A stretch of DNA of 64,000 nt from Octopus sinensis (Eukaryota). Shown here in pieces: positions 11,140 through 22,935 of the stretch. Where the stretch lies: NCBI RefSeq assembly GCF_006345805.1, contig NC_043008.1, positions 14,942,001-15,006,000 on the forward strand, written 5' to 3'. The translations under genes were made by a program, and so were the position numbers. Numbering within the stretch: position 1 is the stretch's first letter; each line of letters opens with the position of its first letter. The notes beneath the pieces are model-generated. The model was not told the DNA's origin, did no database searches, and saw only the letters and a list, made by a program, of their open reading frames with translations.

Positions 11140-12525
11140 ATATAATGTATGTATGTATGTATGCATGGATGTGTATGTATGCAGCGTGCACGATTGTATG
11201 TATGTATGTATGTAGGTATGTGTGAGTGTGCGTGTATGTATGTATATATGCATGCTTGTACGTATGTATATACATATGTATGTATGCATGCATTGATGCA
11301 TGTGTGTATGTTTGCAGCGAACATGACTGTATATACGTATGTGTGTGCGCATGTATATATGTATTAAGGCATGCATGCATCCATGTATGTATACATTTAT
11401 ATAAGTATGCATGCATGCATATGTGTGTGTATGTATGCAAGTATGCGGCATACATGGTTGTATGTAGCTGCATTTATGTTTGTGTATGTATGCATACATG
11501 TATGTATGCATGCTTGTATATATTTATGTATATATGCATATATGCGTGGAGGAGCAATGGCCCAGTGGTTAGGGCAGCGGACTCGTGGTTGTAAAATCGC
11601 GGTTTCGATTCCCAGACCGGTCGTTGTGAGTGTTTATTGAGCGAAAACACCTAAAAGCTTCACGAGACTCCGGCAGGGGATGGTGGCTATCCCTGCTGTA
11701 CTCTTTCGCCACATCTTTCTCTCACTCTTTCTTCTGTTGGCCTGCTCGCTTAGCCAGCGGGATGGCCTCATTTGCAGGCTTAAACAATGCAAAGCGCATT
11801 GTGACTAGCGGTGTGTAGCAACATCTGATAGCCTGGTCGGTCACGGTGATCACGGTGATATGCATATATGCATGCCTGTATTTATGTATTCGTGTGTGTA
11901 TGTATGTATGTGTGTGTATGCATATATGCATGTATTTATATATGTATGCGTGTATGTATGTATGCATGTATGTATATATGCATATATGCATGCCTGTATT
12001 TATGTATTCATGTGTGTATGTATGTGTGTGCTTGTGTTCATGTATTGGTGACTGTCTGTCTATCTGTATGTATGTATGCATGTATGTATGTATGTATGTA
12101 TGTATGTATGCCTGTATGTATGTATTCGTATCTGTCTGTCTGTATTCATGTATGTATGCGTATATGTATGTATATATTTGGGTATGTATGCATGGATGTA
12201 GTTGTGTCTGTCTGTACGTATGTATGCGTATATGTATGCATGTATGCATTCGTGTATGTATGTATGTATGTATTATGTATGCATGTATGTATGTATGTAT
12301 GTATGTATGTATGCCTGTATGTATGTATTCGTATCTGTCTGTCTGTATTCATGTATGTATGCGTATATGTATGTATATATTTGGGTATGTATGCATGGAT
12401 GTAGTTGTGTCTGTCTGTACGTATGTATGCGTATATGTATGCATGTATGCATTCGTGTATGTATGTATGTATGTATTATGTATGCATGTATGTATGTATG
12501 TATGCATATATGTATGTATGTATGT
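11140..12525. repeat. (TATG)n-type compound microsatellite with a ~203-bp internal duplication, interrupted by a SINE
   Basis: The block starting GCCTGTATGTATGTATTCGTATCTG occurs at ~12110 and ~12313. Confidence 0.9.
11548..11859 (+). mobile_element. SINE family B (tRNA-Arg-like head; possibly octopus OR1), tail variant 1
   Basis: Head GGAGGAGCAATGGCCCAGTGGTTAGGGCAGCGGACTCG...GGTTTCGATTCC; body shared with 16457 and 58868. Confidence 0.85.
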
Positions 12526-12785
12526 AAAAGTCTCAATGTGAATTTGCATGAAAATCTATATGCACAACCCTATTTAACATGTAACGGATGTAGGCGTCTC
12601 TGCCTAAGTAACACAGGCCTTAGATATCACCAGGAAAATCACACAGACACATGCAACGTACTTGTTGACTATGCATTATACGCCATCACCAATTTCAAGG
12701 AGTGTGGAAAAGAATGAGCACCAGGGGGCGGACTGAAACTCCATATGAAGATTCACCAAATTAATATTGTAATACCTCTTGTAAA

Positions 12786-13335
12786 GGCGGCGAGCTGGCA
12801 GAAACGTTAGCACGCCGGATGAAAGGCTTTGCGGTATTTCGTCTGTCGTTACGTTGTGAGTTCAAATTCCGCCGAGGTTGACTTTGCCTTTCATCCTTTC
12901 GGGGTCGATAAATTAAGTACCAGTTCCGCACTGGGGGTCGATGTAATCGACTTAATACCTATGTCTGTCCTTGTTTGTCCCCTCTGTGTTTAGCCCCTTG
13001 TGGGTAATAAAGAAATAGGTATTTCGTCTGCCGCTACGTTCTGAGTTCAAATTCCGCCGAGGTGGACTTTGCCTTTCATCCTTTCGGGGTCGATAAATTA
13101 AGTACCAGCTACGCACTGGGGTCGATATAATCAACTTAATCCGTTTGTCTGTCCTTGTTTGTCCTTTCTGTGTTTAGCCCCTTGTGAGTAGTAAAGAAAT
13201 AGGTATTTCGTCTGCCGTTACGTTCTGAGTTCAAATTCCGCCGAGGTCGACTTTGCCTGTCATCCTTTCGGGGTCGATTAAATAAGTACCAGTTATGCAC
13301 TGGGGTCGATATAATCGACTTAATCCGTTTGTCTG
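12786..13335 (+). mobile_element. SINE family D trimer (Nin/Deu-domain-like)
   Basis: Full head followed by two more ~182-bp units starting at GGTATTTCGTCTG (13018, ~13201); core CTTTGCCTTTCATCCTTTCGGGGTCGATAAATTAAGTACCAG. Confidence 0.9.
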
Positions 13336-13516
13336 CCTGTATTTCAAAGGGCCAGCCTTGTCACACTCAGTGTCAGTAATGCTGAATCTCCCCGAGAACT
13401 ACGGGTACACGTGTCTGTGGAGTGCTCAGCCACTAGCACGTTAATTTCACGAGCAGGATGTTCTGTTGATCGGATCAACTGGAACCCTCGTCGTCGTAAC
13501 CGACGGAGTGCCAACA
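13336..13516 (+). mobile_element. 3' tail of another retroposon family fused to the D trimer
   Basis: AAGGGCCAGCCTTGTCACAC...CGTCGTCGTAACCGACGGAGTGCC; a degraded copy lies at ~19090-19220. Confidence 0.6.
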
Positions 13517-13848
13517 ATGTATGTATGTATGTATGTATGTATGTATGTATGTATGTATGTATGCATGTATGTATGCATGCATGTCCGTAAGTTATCTTCT
13601 ATTTTTAATCATTTAAATTCTTCTCGGAGGAAGAAGCTGGTCTTTAACAAAGACGCAAAGCATCATCCATGAAATAGGGATAACAAGAACAATTATCAGG
13701 TTTTAAACTTGAGAAAAGTCTTGAATATTTTTATCGTTCCACTTACAGATTGTAGGAAATTCAGTTTTCGAGAAAATTCGAAAGTGCGAACTCAGAGTTG
13801 CACTGGAGGGAAAGCGCAAATAGAAATAAATGAATAAAATATGTATTG

Positions 13849-13938
13849 AGACACTTGCCCAAGGTGCCACGCAGTGGGACTGAACCCGGAACCATGTGGT
13901 TGGTAAGCAAGCTACTTACCACACAGCCACTCCTGCGC
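13849..13938 (-). mobile_element. SINE family A head fragment
   Basis: Reverse complement of the A head. Confidence 0.85.
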
Positions 13939-14850
13939 TCATGTGCATATTATATAATTATATATGTATGTTCGTTGTTTTCGTAAACGTATGCATGTAT
14001 TGATGCATGTATGCCTGTATATAAGTATGTTTGTGTGTGTGTGTGTGTGCGTGTTCATGTCATAATATGAAATGTATAATATATTTTTATCATTTCTCAA
14101 TTCAAAGTCAAACGCATACCCGTACACGCGTATACATACGCACACACCTTTCGCACATACAGACATACACACACACATACACACGTACAAAAACCCAAAC
14201 ACACACATACACATACACACAAACACATAAACATAAAACATACACACACATACACATATATACACGTAACTGTACACAATCCAATAACTCAACATTTCTT
14301 GTGAAGAAAGCATTTTACATTAGACGCAATCACTGCTTCTTCTTCTTTGTACCGCCCACCGATGCAGCTAAAGAAGTATTTTAGCCGTGTTTTATATTTC
14401 ATTGTTAAAAAGCAAGCACATATCTTTGTTTGCAATAATTTGAGTGAAAGTCACTGAACCTTTCTATGCTTTATCTGTCTTGCTTAGAATAAGATTTAAT
14501 CAAATTTCAGATCTAAATGTTCCCATGGACAAGGTCTATTTTGTATCTACAATTTTATGCATTCTATTTGTATAGCGTCATTGATTTTCTTTTCCGCTGA
14601 AGCAATATATGCCAACAAGACATGAAACAAATCACAGAAAATAATGGTCATAATCTAAATGTGTTTCGCCAGCCGTTGAATAGGATGACCATAATGTGTT
14701 ATTTATCACAACGCCGTTACCAATGAAAATCTGAGCAAAAGCTTCTTAGCATGATTACAAGACAGCTTCAAAATGACGAATCTCCATTGATTGCCATTTA
14801 TTTACAATTGTCTCAATGCGGGTCATCGAGGGGAGCCTCGCAAAAGGATC

Positions 14851-16343
14851 GCTCGATCTGCTAGACATATCAGTCAAATCTCCCTCAAACTGCACTCCAC
14901 CGCATTTTAAAAATAAGCGCTCAATATGCTAAAAGTATCAGCTAAATCTCCCTCAAACCGCAGTCCCTCGCAATTCAACAATAAACGCCCGATATGCTAG
15001 AAATATCAGTCAAATCTCCCTCAAACTGCACTCCACTGTATTTCAAAAATAAGCGCTCGATCTGCTGGAAATATCAGCTAAATTTCCCTCAAACTGCATT
15101 CCACTGTATTTCAAAAATAAGCGCTTGATATGCTAAAAGTATCAGCTAAATCTCCCTCAAACTGCAGTCCCTCGCATTTCAACAATAAACACCCGATATG
15201 CTAGAAATGTCAGTCAAATCTCCCTCAAACTGCACTCCACTGTATTTCAAAAATAAGCGCTCGATCAGCTGAAAATATCAGCTAAATCTTCCTCAAACTG
15301 CAGTCCCTCACATTTCAACAATAAACACCCGATATGCTAGAAATGTCAGTCAAATCTCCCTCAAACTGCACTCCACCGCATTTTAAAAATAAGCGCTTGA
15401 TATGCTAAAAGTATCAGCTAAATCTCCCTCAAACTGCACTCCACTGTATTTCAAAAATAAGCGCTCGATCTGCTGAAAATATCAGCTAAATCTCCCTCAA
15501 ACTGCACTCCACCGCATTTTAAAATAAGCGCTCAATATGCTAAAAGTATCAGCTAAATCTCCCTCAAATTACAGTCCCTCGCATTTCAACAATAAACACC
15601 CGATATGCTAGAAATATCAGTCAAATCTCCCTCAAACTGCATTCCACTGTATTTCAAAAATAAGCGCTCGATATGCTAGAAATATCAGTCAAATCTCCCT
15701 CAAACCGCATTCCACTGTATTTCAAAAATAAGCGCTTGATATGCTAAAAGTATCAGCTAAATCTCCCTCAAACTGCAGTCCCTCGCATTTCAACAATAAA
15801 CACCCGATATGCTAGAAATATCAGTCAAATCTCCCTCAAACTGCACTCTACCGCATTTTAAAAATAAGCGCTCGATATGCTAAAAGTATCAGCTAAATCT
15901 CCCTCAAACTGCAGTCCCTCGCATTTCAACAATAAACACCCGGTATGCTAGAAATATCAGTCAAATCTCCCACAAACTGCGTTCCACTGTATTTCAAAAA
16001 TAAGCGCGCGATTTGCTGAAAATATCAGCTAAATCTCTCTCAAACTGCAGTCCCTCGCATTTCAACAATAAACACCCGATATGCTAGAAATGTCAGTCAA
16101 ATCTCCCTCAAACTGCATTCCACTGTATCTCAAAAATAAGCGCTCGATATGCTAAAAATATCAGCTAAATCTCCCCCAAGCCACAGTCCCTCGCAATTCA
16201 ACAATAAACACTCGACATGCTAGAAATATCAGTCAAATCTCCGCCAAAACGCATCTAACCACAACATTTTAAAAATAAGCGCTCGATCTGCTAGAAATAT
16301 TAGCTAAATGACCCTTAAACAGCACCCTATCGGATTTCAAAAT
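14851..16343. repeat. 68-bp satellite, ~21-22 monomers of two main types
   Basis: AAATCTCCCTCAAAC recurs at 14876, 14944, 15012 and onward. Confidence 0.95.
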
Positions 16344-16456
16344 TATGATGTAGTAAATAATGTAGTCCGGAGAACACAGTGTTTGAATAAAACAACAGGA
16401 CTGTCGAGATTAGAACGCCTTTCTTTCTGGCGATAAACAACAGTAGCAACAACAGT

Positions 16457-16835
16457 GGAGGCGCAATGGCCCAGTGGTTAGGGCAGCGGACTCGCGGTCG
16501 AAGGATAGCGGTTTCGATTCCCAGACCGGGCGTTGTGTGTGTTTATTGAGCGAAAACACCTAAAGCTCCACGAGGCTCCGGCAGGGGGTGTTGGCGACCC
16601 CTGTTGTACTCTTTCGCTCCAACTTTCTCTCACTCTTTCTTCCTGTTTCTTGTCCCCGACTTCCTACGCAACCGCTGAGCCTGGATGCGCATTCAGCCAT
16701 CCGTCGATGCTCTCGGTGTCGGGGGTTGACCTGCTTTCTCTTCTGCGGGTCTTACGAATAGCAAAGGACCACGTTTCGGACTTCCTCTCACTACAGAAGA
16801 CAGCTTCGCCTAACAGCAACAGCAACAGCAGCAAC
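16457..16835 (+). mobile_element. SINE family B, tail variant 2 ending in (CAG/CAA)n
   Basis: Same head and body as 11548; the long tail is shared with the minus copy at 53490-53740. Confidence 0.9.
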
Positions 16836-17627
16836 AATAGCGGCAAAACACAAGCAAGCTAAATACGAGATTCATTTATGTTCGGCCATTTTTACGAGGA
16901 GTTCATCTGTCTTTTTCTGTCTAAATAAATTACTGTTACAATGTTGTTTTGTTTTTGGAATGGTGTATCTCGAAGCACATACATAACCCTATGAAAATAT
17001 GCATTTAAATATTGGATTGCAGAACCCTTTTGGACAGAAAAAAGCCGATGTTGCTGGCAGAAATTATTCATAGTTTTATGGGTGTGTCTCTCGGATGTTT
17101 ATAAAATTCTGATGACGTCAACAATTACTGTTATTTAAGTTATTTAGCAAGATGGTCCGATAATTATAGAAGAGATGAATAATGTTATTGAATATCTTGT
17201 GTCGAAATCTCAGCTGTATTCGCATCTGATTGGTCACACTGAAATATGTCTTTCATTGGTTGAACCAACTCTTACGTTGTTGTTGATGTTGTTGGTTTAA
17301 GATCAGCTCTGATCGAGAAAAACTATTTAGAAGATCGAAATAATAGGCGTGGCTCACAGATATTGTTTTTCTAGTTCTACAATGCATCTTCCTAGCTAAA
17401 AACCAGACTTCACACTCCGAAATACATTCACGAATTATATAGGGTGGGGCAATGTGGTATGCGACTAGGTGTCAACGTCAAATTCATACTCCATTGATAC
17501 CAGATCTTTGCCAGATAGATCACCGCATGACTTATCCACATAATCCGTAGTTAATCGTTCATAGTACAGAGAGGAATTACAAAGATGTTGCGTCGTTCCT
17601 ACTGCTTTACGTCTGTTGAAGGTTTCC

Positions 17628-17820
17628 AAGACGGCGAGCTGGCAGAATTCTTAAAATTCGGGCAAAATGCAAAGCGGTATTTCCTCCAGTTCTTTACGTT
17701 CTGAGTTCAAGTCCTGCTGAGGTCAACTTTTTTCTATTTACAGTTAATCCCTTCAAGGTCGATAAATAAAGTGCCAATCAAGTATTGAGGTCAATGTAAT
17801 CACTACTATTTACTTTCCAA
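17628..17820 (+). mobile_element. SINE family D, diverged monomer
   Basis: GACGGCGAGCTGGCAGAATTC...TCTGAGTTCAAG...GGTCGATAAATAAAGTGCC. Confidence 0.7.
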
Positions 17821-18029
17821 GTCTTCTTTGAACAGTGAGAGATCAGTTTTCCGGGAAAGAAGCAATAGAATTATTAATAAGTACGGTTGAAATTAATGCG
17901 TGCAAGATTTCACAACTCTAGCGTCAGTCCTTCATAGCCAGCCTATGAACATTTCAGCCCACCCTCGCACAAACATGCAGAAATACATAGATACATACAT
18001 GAATATATAGATACTTAGATAATACATGT

Positions 18030-18328
18030 GGAGGCACATGGCCTAGTGGTTAGAGCAGCGGACTCGCGGTCGAGGGATCACGGGTTCGAATCTCAGACCA
18101 GGCGATGTGTGTGTTTATGAGCGAAACACCTAAGCTCCACGCGGCTCCGGCAGAAGGTAATGGCAGAATTTCTGCTGACTCTTTCGCCACAACTTTTTCT
18201 CACTCTTTCCTCCTGCATCTTGCAGCTCACTTGCGACGGACCGGCGCCCCGTCCAGGTGGGGAACCTATACGCTAAAGAAACCGGGAAACCGGCCCTAAT
18301 GAGCCAGGCGTGGCTCGAGAAGGAACAG
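18030..18328 (+). mobile_element. SINE family C (tRNA-Arg-like head; possibly octopus OR2)
   Basis: GGAGGCACATGGCCTAGTGGTTAGAGCAGCGGACTCGCGG...GGTTCGAATCTC; copies at 56669 and 60297. Confidence 0.9.
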
Positions 18329-18644
18329 GCATTGATAATACATACAGCAAATATACATAAATTCGTACATACCTACATACATAGATACATGCATACAGAC
18401 ATACACACATCTATCCACATACACATATACATGCAAACATATGTACTACATACATACACTCACCTACATACATAGAAACATACAATACACATACAGCATA
18501 TATGCATACACACAATATACAGATATACATATCTATTTACATACATACATGTTTTATTGAATACAGTCGCTGCAGTGGACTCAGCAAGACTGAATAGTTA
18601 AGAAATTCTCTTCACAATCGCAAGGCCTCGAATTCGATAAAAGG

Positions 18645-19005
18645 TGAGACGTTTTGGCACAGCCGTTTTGGCGTGGCCAGTTTGGCGTCTCCGATTCGAC
18701 GCTGACTTATTTGACATCAGACGTTTTAATGTTTCTCTCGTCCTCTCCTTTTCTCTCTTTTCCTGAGATCATTTTTCTCTTTATACGTACGAGTGCTTGT
18801 GTCAATCATGTTCAATTAGTAAATTGCATTATTTGTCTTTCTCCTCATTCTCTTTATCTGTATGTGCATATTTATATATTCCAATTGCGCGTGGACGTGT
18901 TTGCTTCCAGTGCCAAAAAGTACTGTCGCCAAGTCAGTTGAATACCAGCCGTGTCAAATAGTTAGTGTCTAAATAACTGCGTCCAATCATCTCATTCTGT
19001 TACTT
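18645..19005 (+). mobile_element. Dispersed ~350-bp repeat, possible MITE (copy 1 of 3)
   Basis: GAGACGTTTTGGC...GCTGACTTATTTGACATCAGAC-TTTTAATGTTTCTCTCGT is shared with 61945; a partial copy is at ~54030. Confidence 0.55.
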
Positions 19006-19367
19006 ATCATAGCACCACGTTGACTCATGCCTTAAAAAGAAAATTGTAATGACGAAAACTGTGTGGAAGATTTTCGGCTTTCCTTGTAATTCGAAGGATC
19101 AGCCTTGTCACACACAGTGTGAAGTTTACGTCAACAGTATAGGAGTCCGTGTATTACTCAGTCACTGAAATGAGCAGGTTGACTTAACTACTAAATACTC
19201 ATCGTCGACATCGACGGAAATCCATTTACTTTACTGTCGTTGCATCTGAATCTGTTTTAACCCTAGGCCGGTCATATACGAGTAGACACATGAACATAGG
19301 GACTACAATGCTAACATTCTCATTTTTGCACTTAAACTATTAATATATAAACCAGTATATCCTACAA

Positions 19368-19781
19368 TACTCTTTTACTCCTTTACTTGTTTCAGTCATT
19401 TGACTGCAGCCATGCTGGAGCACCACCTTTAGTCGAGCAAATCGACCCCAGGATTTAGTCTTTGTAAGCCTAGTACTTATTTTATCGGCCTCTTTTGCTG
19501 AACCGCTAAGTTACGGGGACGTAAACACACCAGCATCGGTTGTCAAGCGATGGTGGGGGACAAACACAGACACACAAACATATACACACATACATATATA
19601 TACACATATATACACATATATATATACATATATACGACGGGCTTCATTCAGTTTCCGTCTACCAAATCCACTCGCAAGGTTTTAGTCGGCCCGAGGCTAT
19701 AGTAGGTGCCACGCAGTGGGAATGAACCCGGAACCATGTGGTTAGTAAGCAAGCTACTTACCACACAGCCACTCCTACGCC
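19368..19781 (-). mobile_element. SINE family A, full length
   Basis: Reverse complement of the A consensus from head to (GTAAAAGA)n tail. Confidence 0.9.
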
Positions 19782-20545
19782 TATAAGATATGATTTTGGG
19801 GGAGATCTGGCTGCTATTTCTAGGATGTGGATGGCTACGTTGGAGACAACCCTTATTGGCTCGTTCTGCAACTGTTGCACGTACAGCAATCTCAACAGCG
19901 CTCCTGTAATTGTTGTTATTGCTGTAGCTAATACGGTTTCCACTGACATTTTTGTCCTTATTCTTACTGGACATGTTAAAGCGAGTCTAACGCAGCTGCT
20001 GTTGCTGACAGGCAATTAATACTTCTATTTTTACAGCTATTGCTCGCATTCACCGCAATGCTTTTGTGTCGAAATTGGCATCTTTCTCATGTTGCCGGAA
20101 GCTACCAATTTGCGAGGATCAGGACTCGAAGGAAGGAATAATTTCGGCATTAACCAAATGTATAAGACATCAGAATGGAAATTTTGAATTGCGCATTTTA
20201 TAAGTCTGTACGTCACAGCGCTATTGTTTTGCATTACTGAAATTAAATGATGGTTTTTATACGGCTAAATTCCTTTGAAAAGCATTTTCCTTCGCTTAAT
20301 TTGCCAATGCCCGAAAGTACGGTATTTAAAAATTGTAAAGTTCACCTCGAAGACAATTTAGCTTCCATATATTCTACTGCGTTTGTTCACAAATTCTTGT
20401 TTCTAGATGAATGAATACCGGTGTTGTAAAAGGCTAAAATACCTCCTTTTTTAAAAGATAAGCATATTCACAGTACCCAAGAACATCAACAGCAACAACA
20501 ACAACAACAACAACAACAATAATAATAATAATAATAATAATAATG

Positions 20546-20585
<40 letters not shown>

Positions 20586-20593
20586 TAATAATA

Positions 20594-21150
20594 AATGCCC
20601 TGATGCAGTACCAGGCAGTGGCTCTCATGGCTTCTTATCTTAACTGATTGGAAGTGTTATCATGTACATTGTTTTGTCTTGGTATAAAAGATGGGCTACA
20701 GCAAATATTCTGCTCAATACCACAGATTTGCTTGTCAGTTGTTTGACCTTAACCAGTTGAGCATGTCCCTTAGTGGCTGACGATATGTGCATCTCTGATC
20801 ACGAGCAGAAGTAGTGGGGGAGCATCATAGCCATGTGTTGAGAAGGATTCTTTGGGGTTTGAATAATTCACCTCTGGAAACATGGGTGTTTCGTTCAACG
20901 TCCTTAAATAACCCTTATTCAGGGACCTTTTGAGCGGGATGGGTTACTCGATCTGAAGAAAATTCTAACTGGGCTCCACCTGCAAGGTCATGTGCTGTTT
21001 ATCTTGATATGAGATCACCATGTCGCGCACATATGGTTGTGATGCATGTGCCAGGTGTACCCTTATCAGACGGGTAGTCATGATGGGTATACTGGGCTTC
21101 GTATATTTTACCCCAGTGTCACTTTGATGGCATGCTCTGCTCGCTCACTC
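20594..21150 (+). mobile_element. 5'-truncated non-LTR retrotransposon 3' region embedded in (AAT)n; possibly R4/Dong-like
   Basis: A non-repetitive 557-bp segment flanked by (AAT)n on both sides (20518-20593, 21151-21240). The clade assignment is inference. Confidence 0.45.
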
Positions 21151-21217
<67 letters not shown>

Positions 21218-21504
21218 TAATAATAATAATAATAATGATAATCCTTTCTACTATAGGTGCAAGGTCTGAAATTTGGGGGAAATTACATCGACCCCGTTGC
21301 TCAATTGGTACTTATTTTATCCATCCCGACAGAATGATAGCCAAAGCCCACCTCATCTGCTGTACGTAAATTGAAGACCAACAGTTAAAAATGCTTGAGA
21401 AATACGCGAAGTTTCAGTGTTTATAACCTACTAACGGGAGTGAAAATACACAAATGATGAGCATTTCAGGTATTCCATATAATCAACATGGCTCTCATAT
21501 TCTA

Positions 21505-21910
21505 GGCGCAGGTGCGGCTGTGTGGTAAGAAGTTTGCTTCCCAACTACATAGTTCCGAGTTCAGTCCCACTGCGTAGCACCTTGGGCAAGTGTCTTTTAC
21601 TATATATTCGGGCCGAGCTGGCAGAAACGTTAGCACGCCGGGCGAAATGCGTAGCCGTATTTCGTCTGCCGTTACGTTCTGAGTTCAAATTCCGCCGAGG
21701 TCGACTTTGCCTTTCATCCTTTAGGGGTCGATAAATTAAGTACCAGTTACGCACTGGGGTCGATGTAATCGACTTAATTCGTTTGTCTGTCCTTGTTTGT
21801 CCCCTCTGTGTTTAGCCCCTTGTGGGTAGTATAGAAATATATATATTCGGGCCGACCAAAGCCTTTTGAGTAGATTTGGAAGACGGAAACTGAAAGAAGC
21901 CTGTCGTCGG
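21505..21910 (+). mobile_element. SINE family A 5' part interrupted by a family D insertion
   Basis: A head at 21505-21616; A resumes CCAAAGCC...GGAAACTGAAAGAAGCC after 21855. Confidence 0.85.
21617..21839 (+). mobile_element. SINE family D monomer with 16-bp TSD
   Basis: TSD TATATATTCGGGCCGA at 21601-21616 and 21840-21855. Confidence 0.9.
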
Positions 21911-22264
21911 TATATGTGTGTATATTGCACTCTTCTTACAACCGCAAGAGTATTTTAACTCTTATTTCTAGTAATTTATTTGATTTGGCACCTTTAGGGG
22001 GTTGGCCAGGTCAGTGCTTAGTAGTAGAAAATATATGTAAAGATGTATACATATGTATATATTAGGCATGTATATATATATTTATACAGATGTTTATACA
22101 TATCAATATCTACATATACAATTCGTACTCATATGTATATGTACACATGCACACCTATATATACGTGCATTTGTATGTATTATCGCCCCTGTACACGCAG
22201 GTGTATATAGCTTGCATACATACATACATTCACAGATACACACATACATACATACACGCATACA

Positions 22265-22480
22265 TTTCTCTCCTTTTTTCTCTCCTTTTTTCTCTCCTTG
22301 TTTCTCTCCTTTTTTCTCTCCTTGTTTCTCTCCTTTTTTCTCTCCTTGTTTCTCTCCTTTTTTCTCTCCTTGTTTCTCTCCTTTTTTCTCTCCTTGTTTC
22401 TCTCCTTTTTTCTCTCCTTGTTTCTCTCCTTTTTTCTCTCCATTTTTTTCTCCTTGTTTCTCTCCTTTTTTTTCACTCCT
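22265..22480. repeat. 24-bp minisatellite built from two 12-bp subunits
   Basis: Gives the FFSPCFSP periodicity in the ORF track. Confidence 0.9.
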
Positions 22481-22497
22481 TGTTTCTTTCTGTGTTC

Positions 22498-22533
22498 CTT
22501 TCTGTGGAAGAGCGTAGGCTCGAAACGTAAAAG
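22498..22533 (+). ncRNA. Degenerate minimal hammerhead-ribozyme-like motif
   Basis: CTTT-CTGTGGA-A-GAGC(GTAG)GCTC-GAAAC-GTA-AAAG: stem I 4 bp, stem II 4 bp, palindromic ACGT stem III; the core has U at A6. Confidence 0.4.
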
Positions 22534-22783
22534 ACTTTTTCAATTCTCGAGCGTTATACTAATACATCTGTTTGTTTTCTACACCACCTGTCTTCGTCTT
22601 TTGTTTTTTTCGTGAATTCTGCCTATACATACATATATATATATATATATATATTATATATTATATATATATATATATAATTATATATCTTATATATATA
22701 TATATTACCGGAGCCGTAAAACACATAAATGTGAAACAAGGTGGAAAAAAGAGTACTCATACCAGCGTTAGAGTTTTAATATG

Positions 22784-22935
22784 CTTTATTTAAAGCAGCA
22801 GAAAATTCAACAAAACTGTTACTCTGAGTTTCCCGTTGCCGTTCATCGACAGTTTTGCCAGAAAAAACTGTCGATGAACGGCAACGGGAAACTCAGAGTA
22901 ACAGGTTGTTAAATTTTCTGCTGCTTTAAATAAAG
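22784..22935. repeat. Near-perfect inverted repeat (~73-bp arms, 7-nt loop), each arm containing a hammerhead-like motif
   Basis: Left arm 22784-22856 is the reverse complement of 22864-22935 with ~3 differences. Confidence 0.9.

Noticed and set aside
12110-12515. 203-bp exact duplication within (TATG)n as a functional unit
   Set aside because: Best explained by unequal exchange or an assembly artefact within low-complexity DNA.
11065-12717. Long ORFs of MYVC/HTYI type (also 31505-32751, 35298-36844, 38058-38774, 51091-52168)
   Set aside because: They are translations of tetra- and dinucleotide microsatellites that lack stop codons and are open in several frames on both strands.
14851-16343. 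CRISPR-like array
   Set aside because: There are no unique spacers; the variable part recurs as two or three types, and the context is eukaryotic. It is a satellite.
16457-16530. tRNA-Arg(TCG) gene (also 11548, 18030, 58868)
   Set aside because: A/B boxes and TCG are present, but the sequence runs into a shared SINE body and lacks a proper acceptor stem.
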